From positions 87,374 to 151,373 of the forward strand of contig JAFIEZ010000005.1 of NCBI GenBank assembly GCA_020832235.1: a stretch of 64,000 bases of DNA. The letters run 5' to 3'. Position numbers and translations under genes: made by a program. A model generated the notes under the pieces. It searched no databases and was not told the DNA's origin. It saw nothing but the letters and a program-made list of their open reading frames with translations. Positions 21,111 through 29,803 of the stretch are shown piece by piece. Origin of the DNA: Bacteroidota bacterium (GTDB lineage Bacteria; Bacteroidota; Rhodothermia; Balneolales; HLUCCA01). How positions within the stretch are numbered: the first letter of the stretch is position 1; every line of letters starts with the position of its first letter.

Positions 21111-22091
21111 TTACGGCTCAAGTTCATTCCAGGCAACATCCAGATTCGCTGCCAGCGAAAGGCGCGGACCAAAACTCACATAGTCTTCGAAGCCCGCTAA
21201 GGTAGTAATGCTCAGGGCTTCTTCTCGGGATTGACCGGCCTGCATGCTTTGCTGCACATGTTCTAACAAAGCCGAAAGATAGTCTCGCATGTTCAGAACA
21301 TCTTCTTTGCTGCCAATAATACCTTTAGAAGGTTGTCCGTGGCCAAAGATATAGTGTGTTTCATCTGTGTATTTCGTGGCAACCGTTTCCAGTAAAACAA
21401 TCCAGTTAGCGATGTTTGCCCCTCCACCTTCATCAATAAAGGGATACACCCCGTTAAAAACCAGGTCGCCCATGTGAATAATATCGGCCTGTTCGAAGTG
21501 AATAACGGCATCGCCGCCGGTATGGGCCGGACCGTAGTGTTGGGCTGTTATTGTTTCATCGCCGATTTGGGTAGACCATTCGGATGCAAACGTGGTATCG
21601 GCATAAGCATTATCGGAGTCGCCGCCCCTCATCTGAGATTGCATGCGTTGAAGATCCGGCACATTTTCGTGTGCAACAATGCGCTCCGTTTGCGGACGAA
21701 ATACGCCGTTGCCACCGGTATGATCGCCGTGATGATGGGTGTTCAGAAGGACATCCACCATAATATCGGTGATTTGGGCCGAGTGAGCAGGTTGTCGACC
21801 GGCTGCAATGGATGATCCATCCACTTCAGAGGCAATCAATTGTTCGAGTCCCTGAAGGCAGTCGGCAGCGGTATCGGCGAACTGAGAGTCAACAACAACG
21901 CATCCATCCTGATTCACCAGCCACCCTATGGTTCCACCTCGATTGGAATAGATGCCTACGTTTCTGCGCAGCAATGTAAAGTTATCAGGTGTGAGGCGTG
22001 TTTCTCTCGCGAAAAGATGGCGCGTTGGAACAGCTGTTGCGAGAGCGAGCATTGAGCTCAAACGCAGAAAATCACGACGTGAATACGACAT
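21111..22091 (-). CDS. MBL-fold metallo-hydrolase with Tat signal peptide
   Basis: 'MSYSRRDFLRLSSMLALATA' twin-arginine signal. HxHxDH motif 'LNTHHHGDHTGGN'. Later 'HTGGD' and 'GHG' metal-ligand blocks. Confidence 0.85.
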   Translation of the reverse strand: MSYSRRDFLRLSSMLALATAVPTRHLFARETRLTPDNFTLLRRNVGIYSNRGGTIGWLVNQDGCVVVDSQFADTAADCLQGLEQLIASEVDGSSIAAGRQPAHSAQITDIMVDVLLNTHHHGDHTGGNGVFRPQTERIVAHENVPDLQRMQSQMRGGDSDNAYADTTFASEWSTQIGDETITAQHYGPAHTGGDAVIHFEQADIIHMGDLVFNGVYPFIDEGGGANIANWIVLLETVATKYTDETHYIFGHGQPSKGIIGSKEDVLNMRDYLSALLEHVQQSMQAGQSREEALSITTLAGFEDYVSFGPRLSLAANLDVAWNELEP

Positions 22092-22335
22092 AGACAGAGG
22101 AGTTAGTTTCGATTAACACTATCAAAGTTTGTTGAGCCCCAAATGGTCCTTTAAAACACCAATATATAACGCGTGATTCATATTCCTATTGCAGCTTTTG
22201 GGAAAATGCTTGCTAATGAACTGGTGCCCAGTTTATAAGAAGGTAAATAGTGCCAATAAACATCACAGTACCAAAGGTATACATATAAACGATGTTCCCG
22301 ATGGTCCATGTTCTCTATGAACGTTTGGAGTGGTA

Positions 22336-23469
22336 TCATCTTGTTGGACAGGTTCCCCATACGGGTTTATTCTCTTCTGTAAGTGGTGAGAAGGCTGAGA
22401 AACCATACGGTTCTGAGGTTATCTTTGTGACACACCATTGATTGATGGGTTGATTGAATGGTGTACCCCAAAGCATTTCTCTCATATCCGTCACCGAACT
22501 CACATCCCAATCCCCTATAGGTTGATTGAACGGTGTATTCCAAAACATCCAGTTCATATTCGTAACCGAACTTACGTCCCAATCACCGATGGGTTGATTG
22601 AATTCAGAAAAATCAAACATGTTAGTCATATCCCTTACCGAACTCACATCCCAATCACCGATGGGCTGGTTGAATGTTGAGCTTTTAAACATATACCTCA
22701 TATTCGTAACGGAACTCATATCCCAATTCCCTATGGGTTGATTGAACTGGGAAATATGAAACATAAAACTCATATCCGTAACGGAACTTACGTCCCAATT
22801 CCCGATGGGTTGGTCGAATTCGGTGATAGAGAACAACCCTCTCATATTCGTAACCGAACTCACATCCCAAGTTCCAATGGGTTGATTGAATGGAGAACCA
22901 CCAAACATATACCTCATATTTGTAACTGAACTCACATCCCAGTTTCCGATAGGTTGATTGAATTGGGAACTAGAAAACATATCCCTCATATTGGTCACAG
23001 AACCAACATTCCATTTTTCTATAGGTTGATTGAATTGGGAATTTCTAAACAACCCACTCATATTGGTGACTGAACTCACATCCCAATTCCCAATGGGTTG
23101 ATTGAATTGGGAACTAGAAAACATAAAACTCATATCAGTAACAGAACTCACATCCCAATTCTGAATGGACTGATTGAAAGAGGAGAACCGAAATAAACTT
23201 CCCATATCGTTGACCATACTTACACAGACTCTACTCAAATCGGAGTTTGTACCTATTTTTGAAATAAGTAAGTCCCTATCTACAATTTCGTATTCAATCC
23301 CATCCACTATTCCAATTTCTCCTATAATTCCGTTGGGACACTTTATGGTTACACCATCTTCACTCAGAAACACGGGGTTCTCAGTAAAAACACCTGTTAA
23401 AGGATTGTTCTCTCTTCCACAAGAAAGAACAAACAATCCGATGCATAGAGTATAGAATAGGTTTTTCAT
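22336..23469 (-). CDS. DUF285/BspA-like repeat lipoprotein
   Basis: Lipoprotein signal 'MKNLFYTLCIGLFVLSCG' at internal ATG 23469. About 10-11 tandem 26-aa units of the type 'FNQPIGNWDVSSVTNMRYMFxxSx'. Confidence 0.85.
   Translation of the reverse strand: MKNLFYTLCIGLFVLSCGRENNPLTGVFTENPVFLSEDGVTIKCPNGIIGEIGIVDGIEYEIVDRDLLISKIGTNSDLSRVCVSMVNDMGSLFRFSSFNQSIQNWDVSSVTDMSFMFSSSQFNQPIGNWDVSSVTNMSGLFRNSQFNQPIEKWNVGSVTNMRDMFSSSQFNQPIGNWDVSSVTNMRYMFGGSPFNQPIGTWDVSSVTNMRGLFSITEFDQPIGNWDVSSVTDMSFMFHISQFNQPIGNWDMSSVTNMRYMFKSSTFNQPIGDWDVSSVRDMTNMFDFSEFNQPIGDWDVSSVTNMNWMFWNTPFNQPIGDWDVSSVTDMREMLWGTPFNQPINQWCVTKITSEPYGFSAFSPLTEENKPVWGTCPTR
22420..23217 (-). repeat. Intragenic 78-bp (26-codon) tandem repeat array of the DUF285 protein
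   Basis: Recurrent DNA blocks such as 'cccaattcccaatgggttgattgaattggga' and 'tcacatcccaatc' at about 78-bp spacing through this span. Confidence 0.8.
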
Positions 23470-23620
23470 ATTGGTCAAACTGATAATAGGTTTGAAAAAT
23501 ATAGTCAATCCCATTTACTATATCAGATGAACATTGAACCCTGTCATCGTTGAGAACAACTACACCTGTAAGTCAACTCTTGGTGGGTACGTGGGAAGTA
23601 ATATGGGAAGTAAACCCAAA

Positions 23621-23658
23621 TAAAAAAAGCTAATCCATTGAACAGCAATGGATTAGCT
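23621..23658 (-). terminator. Rho-independent terminator downstream of tRNA-Pro (minus strand)
   Basis: Perfect 13-bp stem, agctaatccattg (23628-23640) with caatggattagct (23646-23658). The A-run at 23622-23628 reads as a U-tract on the minus strand. Confidence 0.75.
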
Positions 23659-23664
23659 TCTAAA

Positions 23665-23742
<78 letters not shown>

Positions 23743-23965
23743 AACAGAATTCAAATATACGGAGGTGTGAGCTTTTATGCATCCTCATTGTGCAGCCCAA
23801 CTGAAATACTGATTTAATTTCGTATACATAGCAAAATAAACCAAACTTAGCTCTGCTGATTTGACCATCAAGCCGCCATGAGTTATGCCTGAATACATTC
23901 ACTTGCAACGTGGCGCTGCACAACACGCAGATGGAAGCATGTTGCTCCCACCTGCCTCATTAACA

Positions 23966-26900
23966 CTAAAATCGCTCGCTCACGCCAATGATGAATCGCG
24001 CACCGAATTCGTCCTGCACGCCATGCAAATAAAACGGCATCCGCACGCTCAGCTGCAGGTCTTGCAGTAACCGACTCTGTGGTCGCCAGCGATTGAACAC
24101 GGGCAATGCTCCCACATCGAAGGTGACCCCGGTTCCTATACTAGCCAGCATCGGATCAGCGCTCCCAAATTCGGGGAAGTCCCCGGTAAAGGTGCCAACC
24201 CAGCTTTTGCCGGCCGCGGCAAAGAGCTCGAGTTCCATCAGGCGCAGTGTCCGGCTGGCCGCAAACGGTCGCCAGGTATTCCAGATCGTGCCGGTGAAGT
24301 AGTTATTCCCGGCCACATCCGTCGACCCGATGCCGGTGAGACCGTAGCCAATGAGTCCGGTTCCGTCGTTGGCCAGAAGCTGGAGGTCGTCGGTGAGGGA
24401 GGCGTCGAGGTTGGCAATGCCGGTGAAGGCATGATTACGCCAGAGCTCCTCCGCGGTGGGACCGCTAAGTGCCCAGCGATACTGCGCCGGCATCCATTCC
24501 GAGCCAATACCAACCGAGGCGGTGTATCGGGTTCGGAAGTTGCGTGCCCAAAAACGGGTGTGCGTGGCGGTAAAGGTAGCGAAACTAGCCGCAAAGGCTC
24601 CATCCGATGAAGCCGTACGGAAGTCGTAGTTAATGCCCGAAATTCCCATATCGCCCACGGTGTAGGTCAGCTGCATACCGACCGTACTGCCTTCCTGCCA
24701 GTCACTTTGCAGTGCCGGAATCTGTCGTTCGCGCCACGCGCGCTGATGAAACGCCCGAAATTCGAGCATACGCTGCAACGGCTCGCGCACGCCGAGCGCT
24801 CCGAGGTGCTTACGAAATCCGATCGACTCCTCGCCAATGCCATAATACCGACGCACGCTGGCGGTGGCAAAAGCGCCTCGACCAAAATACTGCATGCTTC
24901 GTTCGTAGCTCAGGCTGTAGTCCACGTCGATGGCGTTCACGCCCACATCGTCGAGGTTGCCACTGGTGAGCATCAGGCTTCCATCCACCCGGTGCTGACC
25001 GAACAGATACTCGCCCTGAAACGCAATGCCACCCATAATGCCGCTTTCCTGACCGTACCAGAGGGCAGGACGAACCGACGCCCGGTAGGTGTCCCATCCG
25101 CCACGAATAGGTTGGGCAAACTCGGTGATAATCGGAAAAGGCCAGGTGTTGTTGAGACGATTTACATCCGCCAGACGGAAGGTGGGATCAATCATGACCT
25201 GCTCCACGCGTGCGCCCGAGCGTTCCAGTTCAATGCTGTACGTGCCGTCAACCCAACGCCAGGCTGGCAGCTCCGTGCGGGACATGGATCCGTAATACTC
25301 CGGCTCAACGGGTTTGGTGCCGAGCATGAGGTGCTGGGGAACATACAGCAATTCGGCAGATCCATCGTCGTAACGCACCAGAATATCCAGAGGCATGATG
25401 TTTTGTCCGTGCCGCTCGAGGTCAATGCGCAGGATGCCGTCGCGGTGACGCACGCGATGAATGCCATAATCAATGGTGTGGGTGGTATTCAGCCAGTCGT
25501 CGAAGTACCAGTCGAGGATGAGTCCGCTCGAAAGCTCGGCGTTTCGACGAAAATCATCGGGGGTGGGATGACGAAACTGCCACTCGCTGTAATAATCGCG
25601 CAGGGTTTGTTTGAGGGCCTCCTCGCCGATGATGTAACCGAGCTGATGCAGCAGCATGGCGCCCTTGCGGTACGAGGCCATGCCGTACGCCCGATTGGTC
25701 ACGAAACGGTCGGCGTGCAGCTGAACCGGCTCCTCGATGCCGTCATTAACCACGCCCAGGTAACTCATATACGAACCCCAGTGCGGATTCCCTGAACCTC
25801 CGAACAGGTATTGCATGGTGATGTCGCTCATGTACACCGTCATGCCTTCATCCATCCAGTGGTACCGGCTTTCGTTGGTGGCAACCACCGACTGAAACCA
25901 CATGTGGAGGAGCTCGTGTACGGTCACGCCGACCAGACTGCGGATGTTCCGGTTGCCGGTGATGAGGGTGGCCATGGGATATTCCATGCCGCCGTCACCG
26001 CCCTGAATTACGGTAAATTGCTCGTAGGGGTATTCGCCCAAGTATTCGTTGAGGAATTGCATGGCTCGGATGGTGAATTCACCTAGACGTTCCCATTGCC
26101 GCGTGGCGGGACTTTCAACATAGAGCAGGTGGATGCGGGGTCCGTCGGGCACCTGATACACCCGATGCGTGTATTGATCGTCGGCTGCCCAGGCAAAGTC
26201 GATGACATCCGGGGCGAAGAAATGCCAGGTAAGCTCGCTGCCGGACCGTGCCGGGGTAGTGTTCCCGAGCGATGGGGCCGCCGAGCCGCGGGCCAGGTTG
26301 GCGGCCCGTGCCTGTGGATCGACCTCGCCGTAGCCCTTGCCAATAGCCTCGGGATTCTGCAGGTAGCCGGTTCCGCCGATGGTGAAGGTAGAATCGATGG
26401 TGATACGCACGTTGAAATCACCGAATGTGCCGTGGAATTCCCGTCCGATGTACGGACTGGTAGCCCAGCCTTGCTGATCGTAGGCCGCGATGCGCGGATA
26501 CCACTGGGTCATGCTGTAGGCGATGCCCTCGCGCCCGTATCGTCCGCTGCGACGAATCTGAACTGGAATCTGCGACTCGAAGGTCATGTCCATCACGGTG
26601 CTGTCGCCCGGGGCAAGCGGTTCGTTCAGGTGCACAATGAGCACGGTTTCGGAGATCTCGAAACGCACGTCGCTGCCGTTCTGCTGCAGGGAATGGATGC
26701 GTTGATAGCCGATTTCGTCCTCATTGAGATGGTAAATGCGGTCGCGAACCCGTGCGTCGGGATCGGTGATGGTGCGTGAGCGCACATCCATCATGCTGCC
26801 GGGCTGAAACGCGTTGAAAAACAGGTGATAGTACAGCTTATCGAGCGTGTAGGGCGAGTTGTTGAAATACGTTAGCTGTTGGGAACCATCCACGCGATGG

Positions 26901-27052
26901 GTGTTCACATCCAGACGCACATCCATTTCGTAGTTGGCGCGCTGCTGCCATTGAGCGCCGGATGCGTGCACGGACGAGAATGTGGATAGTGCTAGGAGGA
27001 AGATTGCCGCAGGCAGAAGGATTCCCGCGAGGCCGGATTTGGTAACCGTCAT
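23966..27052 (-). CDS. M1-family zinc metallopeptidase fused to an Omp85-like C-terminal beta-barrel domain
   Basis: Signal peptide 'MTVTKSGLAGILLPAAIFLLALSTFSSVHA' at internal ATG 27052. 'GGMEYP' exopeptidase-like motif. 'HELLHMWFQSVVATNESRYHWMDEG' gives HExxH-x18-E. The C-terminal ~400 aa is beta-rich and ends 'ELFAAAGKSW...SIGTGVTFDV...RFIIGVSERF'. Confidence 0.85.
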   Translation of the reverse strand: MTVTKSGLAGILLPAAIFLLALSTFSSVHASGAQWQQRANYEMDVRLDVNTHRVDGSQQLTYFNNSPYTLDKLYYHLFFNAFQPGSMMDVRSRTITDPDARVRDRIYHLNEDEIGYQRIHSLQQNGSDVRFEISETVLIVHLNEPLAPGDSTVMDMTFESQIPVQIRRSGRYGREGIAYSMTQWYPRIAAYDQQGWATSPYIGREFHGTFGDFNVRITIDSTFTIGGTGYLQNPEAIGKGYGEVDPQARAANLARGSAAPSLGNTTPARSGSELTWHFFAPDVIDFAWAADDQYTHRVYQVPDGPRIHLLYVESPATRQWERLGEFTIRAMQFLNEYLGEYPYEQFTVIQGGDGGMEYPMATLITGNRNIRSLVGVTVHELLHMWFQSVVATNESRYHWMDEGMTVYMSDITMQYLFGGSGNPHWGSYMSYLGVVNDGIEEPVQLHADRFVTNRAYGMASYRKGAMLLHQLGYIIGEEALKQTLRDYYSEWQFRHPTPDDFRRNAELSSGLILDWYFDDWLNTTHTIDYGIHRVRHRDGILRIDLERHGQNIMPLDILVRYDDGSAELLYVPQHLMLGTKPVEPEYYGSMSRTELPAWRWVDGTYSIELERSGARVEQVMIDPTFRLADVNRLNNTWPFPIITEFAQPIRGGWDTYRASVRPALWYGQESGIMGGIAFQGEYLFGQHRVDGSLMLTSGNLDDVGVNAIDVDYSLSYERSMQYFGRGAFATASVRRYYGIGEESIGFRKHLGALGVREPLQRMLEFRAFHQRAWRERQIPALQSDWQEGSTVGMQLTYTVGDMGISGINYDFRTASSDGAFAASFATFTATHTRFWARNFRTRYTASVGIGSEWMPAQYRWALSGPTAEELWRNHAFTGIANLDASLTDDLQLLANDGTGLIGYGLTGIGSTDVAGNNYFTGTIWNTWRPFAASRTLRLMELELFAAAGKSWVGTFTGDFPEFGSADPMLASIGTGVTFDVGALPVFNRWRPQSRLLQDLQLSVRMPFYLHGVQDEFGARFIIGVSERF

Positions 27053-27264
27053 GACGTAAGAATTTCGAGTGTATGTTTGTGCAAAGGGGTTGGCGGCGGT
27101 CATCGTAAAGTACCGTCATTCAACCCGTTTCAAAGCCTGAAAGTAAGCAAAATCGAGGATTATTGACTGTAATGGATTGTAATTCGTGAGTGAATTTGGT
27201 TGCTTATTTTTTAGTACTTAGCTAATATCAGCTAAGATGTTATCGCTAATCAAGTCAAATTATC

Positions 27265-27525
27265 ATGACAAGCCCCTCGACCATCGAAACGGTAAATATA
27301 CATCAGGCGAAAACGGAGCTTTCGCACCTGGTAAAAGATGTGCTATCCGGAAAACGCGTCCAGATTGCCAGAAACGGTAAACCTGTGGTGGAATTACGCC
27401 TCATTGAAGACGAAATAATGAGGGAGCCTGGCCTGATGAAAAATCAGATTTGGGTATCGGAAGACTTCGACGACTATTCGGCTGACATAGCCACGTTATT
27501 TGAAGGGGACGATCGAGATGAATGA
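27265..27525 (+). CDS. Phd/YefM-family type II antitoxin
   Basis: 86 aa. 'TVNIHQAKTELSHLVKDVLSGKRVQIARNGKPVVEL' matches the typical Phd/YefM N-terminus. The stop overlaps an ATG that opens a PIN-toxin-like reading frame. Confidence 0.8.
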   Translation: MTSPSTIETVNIHQAKTELSHLVKDVLSGKRVQIARNGKPVVELRLIEDEIMREPGLMKNQIWVSEDFDDYSADIATLFEGDDRDE

Positions 27526-27567
27526 TCTGATTGTCGCCCGGAGGCAATGCGATGAATGATCTGATTG
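27517..27567 (+). repeat. 17-bp perfect direct repeat at the antitoxin/toxin junction
   Basis: gatgaatgatctgattg occurs at 27517-27533 and again at 27551-27567, separated by 17 bp (tcgcccggaggcaatgc). Confidence 0.9.
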
Positions 27568-27617
27568 ATACCCACGTTTTGATACAGTGCATTATTCTCA
27601 GGTATTCGCTAAAATAG
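27552..27617 (+). pseudogene. Truncated VapC/PIN-domain toxin remnant
   Basis: It reads 'MNDLIDTHVLIQ' (PIN toxins typically open 'M..LLDTHVLLW'). After 12 residues the similarity is lost, and a stop follows at codon 22. The first repeat copy at 27518 gives only 'MNDLIVARRQCDE*'. Confidence 0.6.
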
Positions 27618-27831
27618 CTAACAGAGCTTTGTTGATGTATAAATTCTCTTTACCCAATTTTTCTGATTCTAGTATCCCTGCTTCCTCCAATTGTGACAAG
27701 TAGTTTCCCACAGTCTTCAAGGTGCCCAAACCTGCATCGACCAACACCTTGCGCTTTGTGTAGGGTAACTCGTTGTAAGGAGTATCTGCTTTAAACAGGG
27801 CTTTAATAAGAGTGTAATCTTTACCTTCGTT
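27598..27831 (-). pseudogene. C-terminal fragment of a Fic/DOC-family protein (winged-helix tail only)
   Basis: Minus-strand translation is 'NEGKDYTLIKALFKADTPYNELPYTKRKVLVDAGLGTLKTVGNYLSQLEEAGILESEKLGKENLYINKALLAILANT*'. There is no start codon, an in-frame TAG lies immediately upstream (27832-27834), and no HPFxxGNGR motif is present. The family call is from memory of Fic C-terminal wHTH tails. Confidence 0.55.
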
Positions 27832-28091
27832 CTAACAATCAGGGTAAAAATCGATAAAAAATACCCTCGTTATAAAAATGGGTGTAAAAAAGCGGCATAA
27901 TTACCTTTGTCGGAGCCGGACTGATGGAGGCAAACAGCGTTTGGAACCGGGTTGAGATCAACTCATGCTCCCGCATTTCGAGCTGCTCGACTGCGGAGGC
28001 GTCATCCACATCAACCCTTCTTATTTTGCGAATCGAAACAATCTCCGCAAAATTTGCGAAGATTAAAACGGGTATTCTCCGCAAGGTTGGA

Positions 28092-29798
28092 TTAACGCGT
28101 AGCGGTATCAAATTTCAGGTTGCTGGACCCTTCGCCGGTTCCAACGATTTTCCGCCGGGATATCCACAGATACGATGAACCATCGTGCCATCGCGCGAAC
28201 TGGTACTGTCGGTACACATAAATCCCCTCCCTCGGTAATTCTTCATCGAAAATGGCGTTGTTGTTGAGCTCGTTGGATAACGCTCCCATGTAGGTGGTTT
28301 GCTGCTGATCCGGGTGTCTTAACAGTGTGCCCAGATGCAGTTTATTGGATGGTTGCCCCTGTTCGTTTTGTACGGGCAGGAGGGGGAACCAGTAGTCCGG
28401 CACATCGGTAGCGAGGGAGTATTTCAACATGGTAGCATCACCATTGCCCGTATTTTCGGCATCAAATCCGGGTTGCCGGTTATGGTATTTCTCGTGGCGA
28501 TTTATGGTTGATCCGGTTGTTTTGTCCTGCACAATGTGTTCAATCAACCAGGCGGCGTTGACCATTTCATCTCTCATAAAACGTACCTCTTCAATCGATT
28601 CGCTGTGCAGGTAGGGTCCCAAAGCGGGTGGCAGGAACAGAAAGGGCTCGTTGTTCTGAACATGCTGCTCAGTAGCGGTGGAAATGTGGAACATTCTCCA
28701 CGGGGACTTGCCGGATTCTGTACCGTTATCGTTGCCCTGCACAGAACTGTGACTGGCAGTCAGGGTTTCGCCAAAGGTATTGGTAATCTCCAGGCGTTGT
28801 ATTTTGGCGAGGGACCCAATCGGCAGTTCCATGGGAATCGAAAACCAGTTATTCCCGGAAATCAATGCAAATTGAGCCAAAAGCATGCGGCCTATGTCCT
28901 GTGGAGCCGTTTCCAGCGTTCCAAAGTCAACATTGTTATCATCAAATTCCCACCATCGTTGCGACGGCATACCGGCAATTTCGACAGGCATGGGAATGAG
29001 CTCGAGGTTGATTTCATTTGCCGGTGGTTTCGGTGATGTACCTGTAAGGATATCCGATTCAACGGAGAATGCTGGCCAATCCAGATGGCCGCCCCGGTAC
29101 TGATTCACGGCTAGCGTAATTTCGTCGCTGTTTTCGTCGAGTCCGTGAGAAGCTACTGAAAACGCAAACTCCTGACGTTCGGGATTCCAGGCTCCATCAT
29201 GCTCCGATCCGAAAATGGCTTCGTTAGCCCAATCTTTCCATTCCGAGAAGGCTTTTTCGAGGGATTGTTTCTGCGTATTGCTGAGGTTGTCAAACGTCTC
29301 TGAAACTTGCAGAACCTCTAAACCCATCAGCGTTGCTGCATCGATGGACTTTTTCAAATAGGGATGCTTTGAAGCGTCATCCTGGCTTGGGAACCCGGCG
29401 CTGTTAATGAGTTTTCCCCGGTCGGGTTCCGGCAAACCGCCGGCAGCGATGAATTTAAAAAACTCATTTCCAAGCTCTGCCCGAAGTCTTTGATCGAGTC
29501 CGCTGAGCGACTTTTTCTCCTGCTCCACAGCCACCTCAAGCGGAATGGACTCCGGATTATAATCAAGAACGCCGGAGGATGACTTCGCAGCAAGGCTGTC
29601 CAGCTGAACGAAAGTGGCATCAATTTCAGCCTTTACCGGTGATGCGGCATCTTCACCCTCAAACTCGCCAATTTGCCATTGCCGGGCTAACATCCACAAC
29701 GGATCGTGAATTCTTGCCTGAAGCGCCAGTTCATAGTTTGAACTTCGTTGCTTTGGCTCAATCCTGTTCCACGATGTAATTGATAATGATTCCTTCAT
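28092..29798 (-). CDS. Giant-operon gene 5 (568 aa), unknown function
   Basis: Uninterrupted ORF starting 5 nt after the stop of gene 4. No signal peptide or TM segment. W-rich signature-like blocks 'DPLWMLARQWQIGEFEGEDAASP' and 'SQRWWEFDDNNVDFG...GNNWFSIP'. Confidence 0.9.
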   Translation of the reverse strand: MKESLSITSWNRIEPKQRSSNYELALQARIHDPLWMLARQWQIGEFEGEDAASPVKAEIDATFVQLDSLAAKSSSGVLDYNPESIPLEVAVEQEKKSLSGLDQRLRAELGNEFFKFIAAGGLPEPDRGKLINSAGFPSQDDASKHPYLKKSIDAATLMGLEVLQVSETFDNLSNTQKQSLEKAFSEWKDWANEAIFGSEHDGAWNPERQEFAFSVASHGLDENSDEITLAVNQYRGGHLDWPAFSVESDILTGTSPKPPANEINLELIPMPVEIAGMPSQRWWEFDDNNVDFGTLETAPQDIGRMLLAQFALISGNNWFSIPMELPIGSLAKIQRLEITNTFGETLTASHSSVQGNDNGTESGKSPWRMFHISTATEQHVQNNEPFLFLPPALGPYLHSESIEEVRFMRDEMVNAAWLIEHIVQDKTTGSTINRHEKYHNRQPGFDAENTGNGDATMLKYSLATDVPDYWFPLLPVQNEQGQPSNKLHLGTLLRHPDQQQTTYMGALSNELNNNAIFDEELPREGIYVYRQYQFARWHDGSSYLWISRRKIVGTGEGSSNLKFDTATR

Positions 29799-29803
29799 AG
29801 TTA

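Noticed and set aside
24707-25795. 362-aa plus-strand ORF, together with the 26096-26779 (227 aa) and 25811-26086 ORFs
   Set aside because: All lie entirely antisense to the M1 peptidase gene, which has clear HExxH-x18-E and GGMEYP motifs. The sequences are Arg/Ala/Gly/His-rich with no family features. This is the typical shadow-ORF pattern opposite a GC-rich gene.
27839-28111. 90-aa minus-strand ORF directly after giant-operon gene 5; possible sixth gene
   Set aside because: It overlaps the gene 5 stop by 20 nt in another frame and has no recognisable motif. It lies in a region flanked by pseudogene debris. I could not tell it from a chance ORF, so it is left uncalled. It deserves a homology check.
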